A stretch of DNA of 64,000 bases from the human T2T-CHM13v2.0 reference genome, Homo sapiens: assembly GCF_009914755.1 (NCBI RefSeq), contig NC_060934.1; one strand, 5' to 3'. A model generated the notes under the pieces. That model made no database searches, was not told the DNA's origin, and worked only from the letters and a program-made list of their open reading frames with translations. The translations under genes and the position numbers were made by a program. This document shows positions 38,799 to 64,000 of this stretch, piece after piece. How positions within the stretch are numbered: the stretch's first letter is position 1; each line of letters opens with the position of its first letter.

Positions 38799-38966
38799 TT
38801 TTTTATTTAAGAGATGGAGTCTCACTATGTCACCCAGGATGGAATGCAAGCACCTAATCACAGGAGTGATCATCACACACAGCAGCTTTGAACTCCTGGC
38901 CTCAAGCCAGCCTCCTGCCTCAGCCTCTTGAGTAGCTAGGACTACAGGTGCACAACAATGCACCTA
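38799..38966 (-). mobile_element. FAM (fossil Alu monomer) inserted in a MIR
   Basis: Monomer retaining the 7SL-like ctaatcacaggagtgatcat segment; TSD a(g/a)gtactatt; MIR resumes ccctattttatagatgcagaaactgagg. Confidence 0.75.
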
Positions 38967-39144
38967 GATGAGCAAGTACTATTATAATCCCTATTTTATA
39001 GATGCAGAAACTGAGGTCTAGAGAAGTTAAGTAACTTTGCCAAGTAATACAGATAATAAGTAGTAGAGCTAGGATGTGAACTCAGGTAGTGTAGCTTGGT
39101 AGCCAGGAGGTAAACTTCTATAATACTCTGCTTCAGTGGATTTA

Positions 39145-41735
<2,591 letters not shown>

Positions 41736-42944
41736 TTAGGCGAAGTTTCGATGCAAAAACATACAAGGTGGGAGATTCCTGGTGCCAACAATATGTGTGG
41801 GAAGGGAATAGTTACAGAGTAAACACTTCAAAACCATTTGCTAAATTGTAAATGCAAGTATTACCCATTTCTCTGTAGATTTTATTTCAAAATAAAAACG
41901 TTAATTTTTAAAAGAGGCAATGCCTCAGCTGGTATTAAAAAAAAAAATGACTTTTGTTTGGTTGGTTTAGGTTTGTTGTTTTGGTTTGGTTTTTGCATAT
42001 GCACAAAATAAAAGAGGCTGCCAGTGACTTCCTCTGCAGAGGGAAAAGGATATTAGGAAGGTTAGTGAAAAACAAGGAATAAGACATTCAAGAATTCAGG
42101 GCCCAGAGAGCTGAAAATGTAAACTGTGAGCTTCACAAGCCAGCAAAGTGGCCTGTACGTGATGTATTGATCTCTGTGCCTCAGTACTTCTCTCTTGAAA
42201 TCAAAGTACCTGTGGTCTGTCTTAGATAGGTTAGGATTAATGTCTAATCCACAGTAAATGCTTTAAAGGTCCTCAGTGAAAAGATGTTCTGAAATAGTAG
42301 TCTTATCCATCTCCTTTGTGAGTAAATCAGAATAAAATATGTTATCAGACTCCCATATCTGCTGATCCTCATTAAAGAAATATACAGAAGAAATATCCAA
42401 ACTGTATCTAACCTTAGATACAAGTGCTTCTCACGCTTTGTAGTTCAATCAAAGGACTAACATCAGAGTGATGCTAAGCAGCCTGGTTTGCTGGGACACA
42501 GTTAGATAGTCTGCAAATCACTCATTTCTGTGTTCACAAGCATATTTCTCAACTCCACAAGGGTATTAGTTGCACAGAACAACATTTAACATCAAGCGAA
42601 CTAGTCTATTATGCAGCTACTCATTTCAGTAGAATCAGCATCAATAAAAGATATCAAATGACAGCAATTGATACAGACTAAGAGAGAGACTAGAAAGGGG
42701 AGAGTCTACAGCAAGATAATAAAATGCACAAGACAGAAAATCTATATATGCATGGAAGGAACTAACGCTAAACAGACAGCAAGCCTAGGTGCAAAGGCCA
42801 CTAATCTTAACAGTCTGTGAAATTTCTATGTTGTTATTCTGCCTTCACAATTAACTTGTTTACTAGCTTTCTTGAACGAGTTGGTTTTTTTTCTCTAGGA
42901 AGTCATTTTCTTACATTCTAGACCTTGGTCAATACTAGGAAATA

Positions 42945-43046
42945 GTGCTCGTCTCAGCAGCACATATACCAAAATTGGAATGATACAAAGAAAATGATCA
43001 TGGTCCCTGTGCAAAGACAACAGGCACGTTCGCGAAGCATTCCATT
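42945..43046 (+). pseudogene. RNU6: U6 snRNA retropseudogene
   Basis: gtgctcgtctcagcagcacatataccaaaattggaatgatacaaagaaaatgatcatggtccctgtgc...cgcgaagcattccat follows U6 full length; ACAGAGA box mutated to ACAAAGA; A/(CA)n tail; short TSD ggaaata (42938-42944, 43078-43084). Confidence 0.93.
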
Positions 43047-44049
43047 AAAACACACACACACACACACAAACACACAGGGAAATAAAAAATTTTGTTTACA
43101 TGCCAGTAAACATTGGCACAACATTTTTTTAAATCCATGGACTCAGATGAGCCATAGATCAGCTGAATAGCTATACAAAATTGACTGGTTATTATTATCC
43201 TGGATCAGTGATCACCATGAGTGGATTTTTCACTTATCAGGGTGATTTCTGACCTGCTTTTGGATAACATCCAATTAAGACAGATTGCCTTTTGAACCAG
43301 CAGAAGGTGTTGAATTGCATACTGTTTCCCATCTGGCTGGTGAAACTGTGGCCATGTGGGCATAGTGTAGGAAGCTTTCTGGATAGGTAGTCTATGGCCA
43401 GTTGAACCCACCCCAAAGACACCTTGCCCAGCTGGGAACCCAGAAACAATCAGCAGACAAATAGGTCCACACGAGGCTGACCCAACAAGCCCTCCCAGAG
43501 GCAATCAATTTGTCAAATGATCAATTCACCAAAAATGTGTTTCTATTAACTCTTTATAAAATTTACAGCAATTGAAGTGGCATAAGATAGTTTTAACGGC
43601 TTATGAGAATTTTTTTTAGCCATTCATTTTGACTGTGCCTTTGCTGTGGCTTCTTTTTCCCATAGGCATCCTAAATCCATGCTGCCATATATTTTGGTGC
43701 TAGAGGGAGAGCCATCCACACCCTGGGTCTCTTTGGGTAAAACCATTTAGCATGACAAAGATACATTTCCCTAAGATTCTCTGGAATCCTGGGATAACTC
43801 TTCAGGTTATCCCAGGATCCCAAAGGCCTGAATTACTGAATCCTCACTCCAAACCTTTTTTTTCAAACCAATACTACATGTCTAAATTTAAATCGCCAAC
43901 ATATTCATTGACCTGGGTGAGGTCTTAAAATATTTTTACCAATTAAACTAGCAGGAGGAACTTCTAGAAAACAAAAAGAAATAAATAAGTAGGTAGTAAA
44001 GTGACAGACTTAGTGTAGGGAAAAAATACCAGTTCAGTTGCATCACTCC

Positions 44050-44830
44050 TGGATGATAGAAATGTGGTGGATATATACACCATGGAATATTACTCAGCCC
44101 TAAAAAAGAGCAAAATAATATCTTTTGCAGCAACTTAGATGGACCTGGAGGCCATTGTTCTAAGTGAAGTAACTTAGGAATGGAAAACCAAATATTGTAT
44201 GTTTTCCATTATAAATGGGAGCTAAGCTACGGATACACAAAAGCATACAGAGTGGTATAATATAATGGACTTTGGAGACTCAAAGTGGGAGGCTGGGACG
44301 GAGAGTGAAGGATAAAAAACTACATAATGGGTACAATGTATACTACTCAGGTGATGGGTGCGCTAAAATTTCAGACTTCACCACCATACAATTCATCCAT
44401 GTGTCTAAAAACCACTTGTATTAGTCCATTTCACACTGCTGTAAAGAACTACCTGAGACTCAGTAATTTATGACGAAAAGAGGTTTAATTGACTCACAGT
44501 TCCTCAGGCTTAACAGAAAGCATGACTGGGAGGCCTCAGGAAACTTACAATCATGGCGGAAGGTGAAGGGGAAGAAAGGGCCTTCTTCTCATGGTGGCAG
44601 GAAAGAGAGAGAAGGTAGAACTGCCACATACTTTTAAACCATCAGATCTCATGAGAACTCACTATCATGAGAAAAGCAAGGGGGAAATCTGCCCCCATGA
44701 TCCAATCACCTCCCATCAGGACCCTCATCCAATTCAACATGAGATTTGGGCAGGACACAAATCCAAACCATATCAACACTTGTACCCCAAAAGCTATTGA
44801 AAATTTTTTGAAGTTTTTAATTTAAAAAAA
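44050..44830 (+). mobile_element. L1 3' end (L1PB/L1MA-like) split by an LTR
   Basis: gaaatgtggtggatatatacaccatggaatattactcagcc...; resumes cacttgtaccccaaaagctattgaaa. Confidence 0.85.
44417..44775 (-). mobile_element. THE1D/MSTA-type MaLR solo LTR, sense to DNAJC12
   Basis: tgtattagtcc...ccaaaccatatca, 359 bp, 5-bp TSD ccact/acact. Confidence 0.9.
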
Positions 44831-45789
44831 TGTGGCACCCCTGAGGCTGTGGCTCGTTTGAGGAATTCTCCCAAAGGAAATTCCCAAGATATGATCCTGT
44901 GTGTGATGCTACAAAAGTACACCGTGATTTGTCCTGCCTTGTGGGTATAGGGACTAATAATGTTCCCAAACAATGCTTTTCCGTTCCAGAGGGATTATAC
45001 TATTTAAACAAAAAGCAGAAACACAGGGTTGATGGTGTGAAGGAAAGGGAATTTATGAGATTTAACAATCTAGCCAGGTGCGATGGCTCATGCCTGCAAT
45101 CCCAGCACTTTGGGAGGCCGAGGTCTTTTATCAACAATTTGCTCAAGTCTTCTAAAATAAAAACTATGAAGAAGGAAATCTAAATGTAACCCTGAAGGGC
45201 TATAATTTAAGAGATGTGAATCATTTTATACACTAATTCTAACAACTGTCCCTGAAAACTTACCTATGAGGTAATTTCTGTATTATAAGTCCCATGTCAT
45301 AGAAAAGTGTTCCAATGGAGAGAATCTAGGTAATAAATCATGCCTAAATCTTTAAAATTACATTTTGTCTATAATATATAAAGGTCAATGTTGAACAAAA
45401 TAAATATATGACAGTAATTATAGTGAATATTTTGATATTTATGCCTTTTAATGACATGAAGAAAGATAACACAATGTTTTTAAAGTCTAACAATTCTTTC
45501 ACCAGAATGTTTAATAGGAATAATTCATGGCTTTCTCTGACTAATCAGATCCTGCCTTTTTAATGAAAATTCTAAGCCTTGAAAAGAGAGCAAGCTGACA
45601 TAAACTAAAAAGATGGAGAATGTGAATTTACAATGGTTAAAACTCAGCAATTCATGAGCAACTTGAGAAGTACATTTATTAGAGCTCATAAAATAGTAAG
45701 CAATAACAGGGAGTGTGTATACTGAAACAAACAGCCAAAGAGATTGAAAGAAATGTAGTCACAGGCTCTTCTGGCACAAATTCATTGCC

Positions 45790-45795
45790 TTTATT
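45790..45795 (-). terminator. Intronic poly(A) signal for the short isoform (second AATAAA at 45675-45680)
   Basis: tttatt on + strand about 145 nt after the read-through stop. Confidence 0.6.
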
Positions 45796-45939
45796 CTGAT
45801 GAGCTTCTCTTCATGGGATTTACGGACACTGAATTATATCCAGACTCTGCTAACTTCTTGGTTTTCTCCCTCCTATCGCCTAATGACTCTTTAAGCTACT
45901 ACATGAGTCTAATCCATGGGCATCCTGAGCTTCACAAAT

Positions 45940-45966
45940 TCACGTCGCACCCAGCGAGAAACCCAC
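45940..45966 (-). CDS. DNAJC12: Alternative C-terminus (VGFSLGAT-stop) of the short DNAJC12 isoform, from read-through of the exon-3 donor
   Basis: Frame stays open to TGA at 45940-45942; AATAAA on minus strand at 45790-45795 and 45675-45680; matches my recollection of a ~107-aa isoform. Confidence 0.8.
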   Translation of the reverse strand: MGFSLGAT

Positions 45967-46106
45967 CGTCTTCACTGAGTCATTCAAAGCTTCCCACTGC
46001 TGGAATGGCATCGACATCTGGCTCCTTCGCCAGTGGTCATAGCGGGCTCGACTCTCTTCATTGGTCAGAATCTCCTTTGCCTTCTGCAGTTTCTGAAAAG
46101 TCTCCA
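45967..46106 (-). CDS. DNAJC12: DNAJC12 exon 3 (140 nt), C-terminal half of the J-domain
   Basis: Acceptor ttttccag|TG GAG ACT; encodes (V)ETFQKLQKAKEILTNEESRARYDHWRRSQMSMPFQQWEALNDSVKT; donor ACG|GTGGGT. Confidence 0.97.
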
Positions 46107-46260
46107 CTGGAAAACAAATCAAGAAATGAGCACTTCTCTCTCGGAGAGGATATTTTAAACTCCAAAACTATCCAACTGCTCTTACTAAAACCATGACTGC
46201 CACTTAATAGCTATGTGACCTTGGGCCAATTTACCTCATTAAGCTTTTGTAAAGGGTATC

Positions 46261-46635
46261 ATAAGGACAAGCAAGATCATGGATGTAAAGTGCTCGGCAC
46301 AGTTTATCCACTCCCTGTATTGTGCCTCAGTCATGTGCCAGAGGCTACTCCCGGTGCTGATGACACAGATGTGAATAATAGACATTATTAGCAGGGGAAA
46401 GAAACATTTGTAAACATTGAAAAAATACTATTCCACCTTATAGGAAGAAAACTACCTTTTTTAGTGCTGGGTGTGAAACAGGGCAGTAATTAGGCAAGAG
46501 GGACAGTAAAACTGAAGACTATAAAGACTATAAAACTGAAGACTATAAAGACTATAAAGACATGACTGAGGCACAATACAGGGAGTGGATAAACTGTCCC
46601 AAGCACTTTACATCCATGATCTTGTTTGTCCTTAT
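46261..46635. repeat. 76-bp inverted repeat (46261-46336 / 46560-46635) with an adjacent short tandem array (46507-46560)
   Basis: 73/76 identity to the reverse complement. Confidence 0.95.
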
Positions 46636-47004
46636 AAAGCAGGAAGGAGCACGGTGACTTAGAGGAAGTAGTAATTGCCAGTGTGGCTGGAGGACACAAG
46701 GCTAGGGAAAGAACGATGAGGGATGGGGCTGTAGAGTAGACAGACAATAGCTCAATCAACCAGGGCCTGAGATGTCATGTTAAGGATGCTGGCCTGCTTT
46801 TTGTCGTAAGAGAAACGGGAGGCTTTAAGTATAATAAATAACATGGTAGATGCTGGGACAAATGGTAGCTTGTCACTAATCTACTTGACCAGATGGTATA
46901 TAATAGAAACCTTTTATGGCTCTGTTAGAAACACCTCCAAAGTCTCTTCTGCTCCTCAGTGAAGTAAAAACTTTCTGCAGAGCAGAATACAAGATTTATA
47001 TACA

Positions 47005-53395
<6,391 letters not shown>

Positions 53396-53491
53396 TAAAT
53401 TTTTATAATTTTATGCTAGGACACCTATCTTAATATTAACTCCAGTTCAGACAGGTAGTTAATATGAATCCTAAAGAAATGTTTGGGCCAG

Positions 53492-54267
<776 letters not shown>

Positions 54268-55193
54268 TCAAGAAATTGTGCAGAATAGGTGTCCTCTTCA
54301 GTAAGTGCCATGCTAGGGGCATACGACTGTGAACAAGACAAGCAGGGCGTCTGCCTTACTGAGCTTCCAGAATGACTAATAAGCAAACATGCAATAAGGA
54401 GACAGTGTGACACACAGTCTACTGCCTGACGTACAGGGTGCTCTTGTTAGATGGGACACATGGGACTTCCCAACTGATGGTCAGCTGAGACCTGACACAG
54501 AAGCACAAACTGGCCAAGTAGTCAGGGATGTGTGTGAACCATGGAGTGTTTCAGGCAGAAAGCATCAAGCATAGAGGGCTGGAGTGTAGAAAGAGCAGAG
54601 CACATGAATGAACTAATGTAATTCTGAGTGGCTGAAACATGAAATTCTAGGCATGGTGAAGGAGAGCAAAAGGGGATGGAGAATTAAGGTACACAGCATG
54701 AAGGAATTTGTGCCTAAAGGCTCAACAATGACAAAGGATGAACTACTGCACAGTATAACACAGACATAATGCAAAGCGAAAGAAGCTACACACAAAAGAG
54801 TACATACTGTGTGATTCTATTTATATGAAATCCAAAACTGCAAAACTAGTCAATGGTGATAGAGATCAAAAAATGAGAGAGGGTGCTGACTTTGAACAGG
54901 AAGGGAAAAGGGATTTCTGGGGTGCTGAAGATGCTCCACATCTCTCTGGGCAGTGGTTGACCTGGATATACATATGCACAAATTTATCAAGCTCACACTT
55001 ATTATTTGCTCATAGTACCTTAAACAAGTTAATAAAAAGGGAAAAAAAATCAAATGAGCAGAAGCAATAGTTAAATATCTAACAAAAGATGACCTCACAT
55101 ATAGAAAAAATGATCTGTTTTTGCAAATCAAAGGAATCAATGATTTCTAGAGAAAATTAATAAAGAACCTTAAGACAAGGGACAAGGAAAACA

Positions 55194-55969
<776 letters not shown>

Positions 55970-56139
55970 TTATCTACCCTGAGGATAAAATCAGAGTAGG
56001 AAAACACAAGAGATTTCAATTGCACTGGTAAAGTTTTAAGCTGGGCGGAACATATGTGGGCATCTGTTAGAGTATTTTTTATTCCTTTTTGTACATATTA
56101 TTTTTTTCCATAATTAAAAAGAAAAATCTGCAATGAGAA

Positions 56140-56960
56140 GCACTTAAAGAATGCTGTAGCAATCCAAGCATGAAATGATGGGGGCTTACCTACAGCAATG
56201 GCACCCAGCATGAAGCGAGGAGGACACAGTAGAGAGAGATGAGAAAGGTAAATCAACAGTGTTTGGCAATTTCCCAGATATGGACATGAGGGAGAGGAAG
56301 GAGACAAGGCTTCCATGACACCAACTGAATGGATGGTGGTGTCCTTCATAGAGATGGGAGAACACAGAAAAATAAGCGAGATTTCAGAGGAGGTGATAGG
56401 AAAATAATGAGTCTAATTTTTGACAGGGTGACTTTGAAATGTTTCCAAATGGAAATTTCCCAGAAGCAGTCAAAACCACAGTCTTAAGATGGGGAGTGAG
56501 AACTAGGTTAAGGATAGATTTGGGAGCCATCAAAAGAGCTGGTGATTTAAGCTACAGACCTGGACAAGGCTTCAGGAGAAAATGGGGAGTGGGCTCAGAA
56601 GAGAGCTTAGGAGGGAACCTTGGGGCAACAGAAGAGTCACAAAGGAGACTGAGAGAAAGCAGCCCAAAGAGGCTGGAGGAGAACCATGAGTGCATAGTAT
56701 CCTGACAGCTAAAAGAAAAAAACTTTGTTTCAAGGAGGAAGGTATGGTCAACAGGGCCAAATTGTGATGCAAGTTCAGGGGAGATAAGTACCAAAAGGTA
56801 ACCACTAGATTTGATACTCAGGCAGTCCTTGGTCTATTTCTGAGAAACTAGGGAAGTCAGAGTGGAACAAATGGAAAAATAGCGAGAAGGGAAATAGAGA
56901 CATCAACTGTGGACTTCCTTTTCGGGAAGTCTGGGTCTGAAGAGAAGAAGAGAGGCAGGA
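56140..56960 (-). mobile_element. L2 fragment
   Basis: Purine-rich antisense L2 motifs (ggatggtggtgtcc, ggaggagaaccatgagtgcatagtatcctga, tttcaaggaggaagg...gtcaacag). Confidence 0.75.
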
Positions 56961-57145
56961 AAGTAGAGAAGAGAGACAGGTTGCAGAGGGATTATTGGTT
57001 TGTTCATATTTTTCCCAAGCTTGGATAGGTATAAGCATGCTTAAGTGATAGTGAAGGAAAGAAACAAAAGTATGAATATATGGATATATTCAGGTCCCCA
57101 GTAATGAAGAAATCACAACAAGTTTCTCATGAAGACAACCGCCTA

Positions 57146-59475
<2,330 letters not shown>

Positions 59476-59712
59476 TGAAATCCCAGTTCTGCTACAAGGC
59501 TTTAGGCAAATTACATAACATCCATGTGTCTAGGTTTACTCATCTTTACATCAGATGAATAATATAAGTAGCGCACTTAACACAAAACCTGATCATAATA
59601 AGAACTCAATAATAGTGGCTATTATTAAATATAAGTGGTTAAGTAACCTATCCAAAGTCATTCAGCTAGTTACTAAAAAGAGCTGAGTTTTTTGTTAAGT
59701 TAGCAGTCAAAC

Positions 59713-60028
59713 TTTGTTTTTCTTTTTCTTTTCTTTCAGAGACAGTCTTGCTATGTTGCCCAGGCTGAAGTGCAGTGGCTAGCCACAGGCACGATCCCAC
59801 TACTGATCAACACAGGTGTTTTGACCTGCTCCATTTCCAACCTGGGCAGGTTCACCCCTCCTTAGGCAACCTGGTGGTCTCCCACTCCCGGCCATATTGA
59901 TGCTGAACTTAGTGTGGACACCCCGTTGGCACAGCACTACAGCCCAGAACCCTTGGGCTCAAGCAATCCCCTTGCTTCAGCCTCCCAAGGAGCTGAGATT
60001 ACAGACATGTGTCACCACGCCCTATGGC
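59713..60028 (-). pseudogene. RN7SL: 7SL (SRP RNA) retropseudogene
   Basis: Reverse complement contains the S-domain absent from Alus (tgtccacactaagttcagcatcaatatgg...accaccaggttgcctaaggaggggtgaacc...ggagcaggtcaaaac...tgatcagtagtgggatcg), about 8-nt internal deletion near 59891, A-rich tail 59713-59736. Confidence 0.93.
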
Positions 60029-60176
60029 CAAATTCATCAGGCTTAGGAAATTCTCATGGGGTTCCATATTTACTAACCACTAATTAATGAAACTAACTTA
60101 GCTCCTGTTCGATAAATTAAATCTCAAGCAACTCAGCTGAATTCTGTCATAAGATTCATGGTAGAAACATATTTTT

Positions 60177-60484
60177 ATCAGTTCCGTGTCATCCTTAGTC
60201 AACTCTCATAAGGAATGTCTTCACTTTTACAATCAAAGTCAGACGGTATTAGATACGCATATGTATAAAACCCAGACTAATAACTCTATTATTTTCTTTG
60301 TTAAACTTCTGAGAACACCTTCGAATAATAGGAAAAGATGACTTCCTGTTAGGAACTGTAATTAACTATGTGTTTCCTCTTCCTGGGTGCTGTCTTTAAC
60401 CATCAGTCACCATAACCTACTTATATAACAAATAAAACTGAGAACTAGACTTGTTTTTAAATTTTAAAGTATTAAATATTCTAT
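60177..60484 (+). repeat. Source copy of a ~308-bp local direct duplication
   Basis: About 97% identical to 62867-63172. Confidence 0.95.
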
Positions 60485-60576
60485 ACAGTGTAGTAGTAAG
60501 CATTTTTAAATTAGTAAGTCATTTATAAATACAAACTCTCTTTGAAAAACGTTCTATCACTACAGAAAAAAAGTAA

Positions 60577-62219
<1,643 letters not shown>

Positions 62220-62866
62220 TGTACTGGTATTTAGTACATGGAAGCAAATGTGTCAAAATGGTTGATTCTCAGTTTGTTTACATGCGTGACTGTTATTTTC
62301 TTCTTTATATTTTCTAGGTTTTACCAATTTCACATTTTAAAAATTAAGAAAGTCTATATCTTTCTTTCATTATTTTTCATAGCTTTACTATCATGAAGTT
62401 TATTACAAAGCTTCCATAGAGCTGGCTCTATGTAAACTGGTAAAGTGGGTTAGTTTATCTTGAACACATTGTATTTATCTTCTGGCCTCCCTACTCCATG
62501 TGACCACTGCCAAGTGCAGTCCATTGGAGCTGACACCCCCGATGTCAAGGTCCACTAAATCCTGCCTTCCTGACCCAAGTCCAGTAGGCTGCAAAACTGC
62601 CTACCCTGTTGTCTTGTAAACATACAAAAAATTTTCAACTCTACTCATAATCAAATAAATCAAAATATCCAAAGGATTGTAACGACCAGTGTTACTGAGA
62701 GTGCGAAGAAATTAACATTCATGCTCTGCTGGCGAGGATGTAAATAGGTATAGACTTTCTTGAAAAAAATTGAGACATATATGTTTGTATGTGTGTGTAT
62801 ATATATGTGTGTGTATCTATCTCTCTATATATAGATATATGTGTGTATCTATCTCTCTATATGTAG

Positions 62867-63172
62867 ATCAGCTCCATGTCATCCTTAGTCAATTCTCATA
62901 AGGAATGTCTTCACTTTTACAATCAAAGTCAGGCTGTATTAGATAGGCATATGTATAAAACCCAGACTAATAACTATTATTTTCTTTGTTAAACTTCTGA
63001 GAACACCTTCGAATAATAGGAAAAGATGACTTCCTGTTAGGAACTGTAATTAACTATGTGTTTCCTCTTCCTGGGTGCTGTCTTTAACCATCAGTCACCA
63101 TAACCTGCTTATATAACAAATAAAACTGAGATCTAGACTTGTTTTTAAATTTTAAAGTGTTAAATATTCTAT
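62867..63172 (+). repeat. Derived copy of the ~308-bp duplication, embedded in dinucleotide repeats
   Basis: 9 substitutions plus one 2-bp indel versus 60177-60484. Confidence 0.95.
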
Positions 63173-63174
63173 TT

Positions 63175-63208
<34 letters not shown>

Positions 63209-63361
63209 CACACATATATATGAAGAGCCTTTAATTTATTTCCTAGCCTTTGATTCAACAATTCCAATTCTAGGAATTTGTCTAAGGAGATAATCAGAGG
63301 TAAGAAAAGAATAGCTGTAAGAAGGTCCAAGAATAAAATATAAATTTTAAACAAAAACCTA

Positions 63362-63876
63362 TGATAGAGCAAGAGCACCATCAACTCAGACAGACATCGC
63401 CACTTTAAATTCCAGTTCCCTTTCTAGTCTCATGCATTTCAAGGAAATCACTTCTGTTCGAACTACAAGCAGCCAGAAAGAGCAGACAGTAAAACACAAA
63501 TAAGACAGCTCGGGCGCAGAGGGAGGTGGGGGGAAAGTCTCTGGAGCAACTGCCAAACTTCACCCTCACAAAATGGGCCCCAGTAAAACAGTGAGCCTTA
63601 CTTAATAAGCACATTCCTTTCCCTTCAGGTGTACCAAGATAGGGAAGCAAAAAGCAGACTCGGGCGGGGTATGCCTACAGCTGCAGAAAGATGGATGGGA
63701 ACAGACACACAACTCTCCCTCCCAGAAAAGCACAACAAAGAGACAGAGAAGCAGTCCAAGCCTCTGATAAACTCTCCCACCCTGAAGCCTTAGAAACTCT
63801 TAGTCTGTAGGAGAGTGTGTCTCTAACCTAACTCAGCCAGCCGCCCCTCTCAGGTTTATTCAAAATAAACCTGTCA
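63362..63876 (+). mobile_element. ERV1-type LTR (MER84-like, family uncertain), interrupted by an AluY running to the window end (63877-64000)
   Basis: tgatagagcaagagcacc start, aataaacctgtc near the end, then ggccgggtgcgg...gagatcgagaccatcctggcta. Confidence 0.7.
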
Positions 63877-64000
63877 GGCCGGGTGCGGTGGCTCACGCTT
63901 GTAATCCCAGCACTTGGGGAGGCCGAGGCGGGTGGATCACGAGGTCAAGAGATCGAGACCATCCTGGCTAAAACAGTGAAACCCTGTCTCTACTAAAAAT

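Noticed and set aside
43500-43950. Possible old DNA transposon
   Set aside because: Could not identify terminal inverted repeats, TSD or family by eye
45813-46196. 127-aa + strand ORF antisense to exon 3
   Set aside because: Likely shadow of the coding strand; no recognisable domain, promoter or splice support
46507-46560. Short repeat arrays here and at 60968-61508 as CRISPR-like
   Set aside because: No unique spacers, eukaryotic context, no cas genes

Overview
Primate (almost certainly human) repeat-rich genomic DNA. The right half contains, on the minus strand, exons 2-5 of DNAJC12 (J-domain Hsp70 co-chaperone of the aromatic amino acid hydroxylases). I identified these by translation and by exact GT-AG junctions with matching phases: exon 2 57743-57821, exon 3 45967-46106, exon 4 40027-40231, exon 5 CDS 31558-31652, 3'UTR to about 31110. 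Exon 1 lies beyond the right edge. Read-through of the exon-3 donor with intronic poly(A) signals gives a short J-domain-only isoform. The left half is intergenic. Retrocopies: RPL21 processed pseudogene with a long 3'UTR, a U6 pseudogene, a 7SL pseudogene, and a probable unrecognised mRNA 3'UTR retrocopy at 577-1191. About 60 Alu/FLAM/FAM copies plus L1, L2, MIR, MaLR/ERV1 LTRs and hAT DNA transposons fill much of the rest, and nearly all ORFs in the supplied track are Alu or simple-repeat artefacts. I see no new multi-gene system. The most unusual signals are structural: a set of local templated insertions (308-bp direct copy, 76-bp inverted copy beside exon 3, two short old copies), a perfect 38-bp-arm AT-rich palindrome, a (GGAA)15+(GGAA)14 microsatellite in intron 2, a same-orientation Alu pair bracketing exon 4, and a mosaic Alu with two strand switches. 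Repeat boundaries are approximate and repeat subfamily names come from memory of consensus sequences, not from a search.
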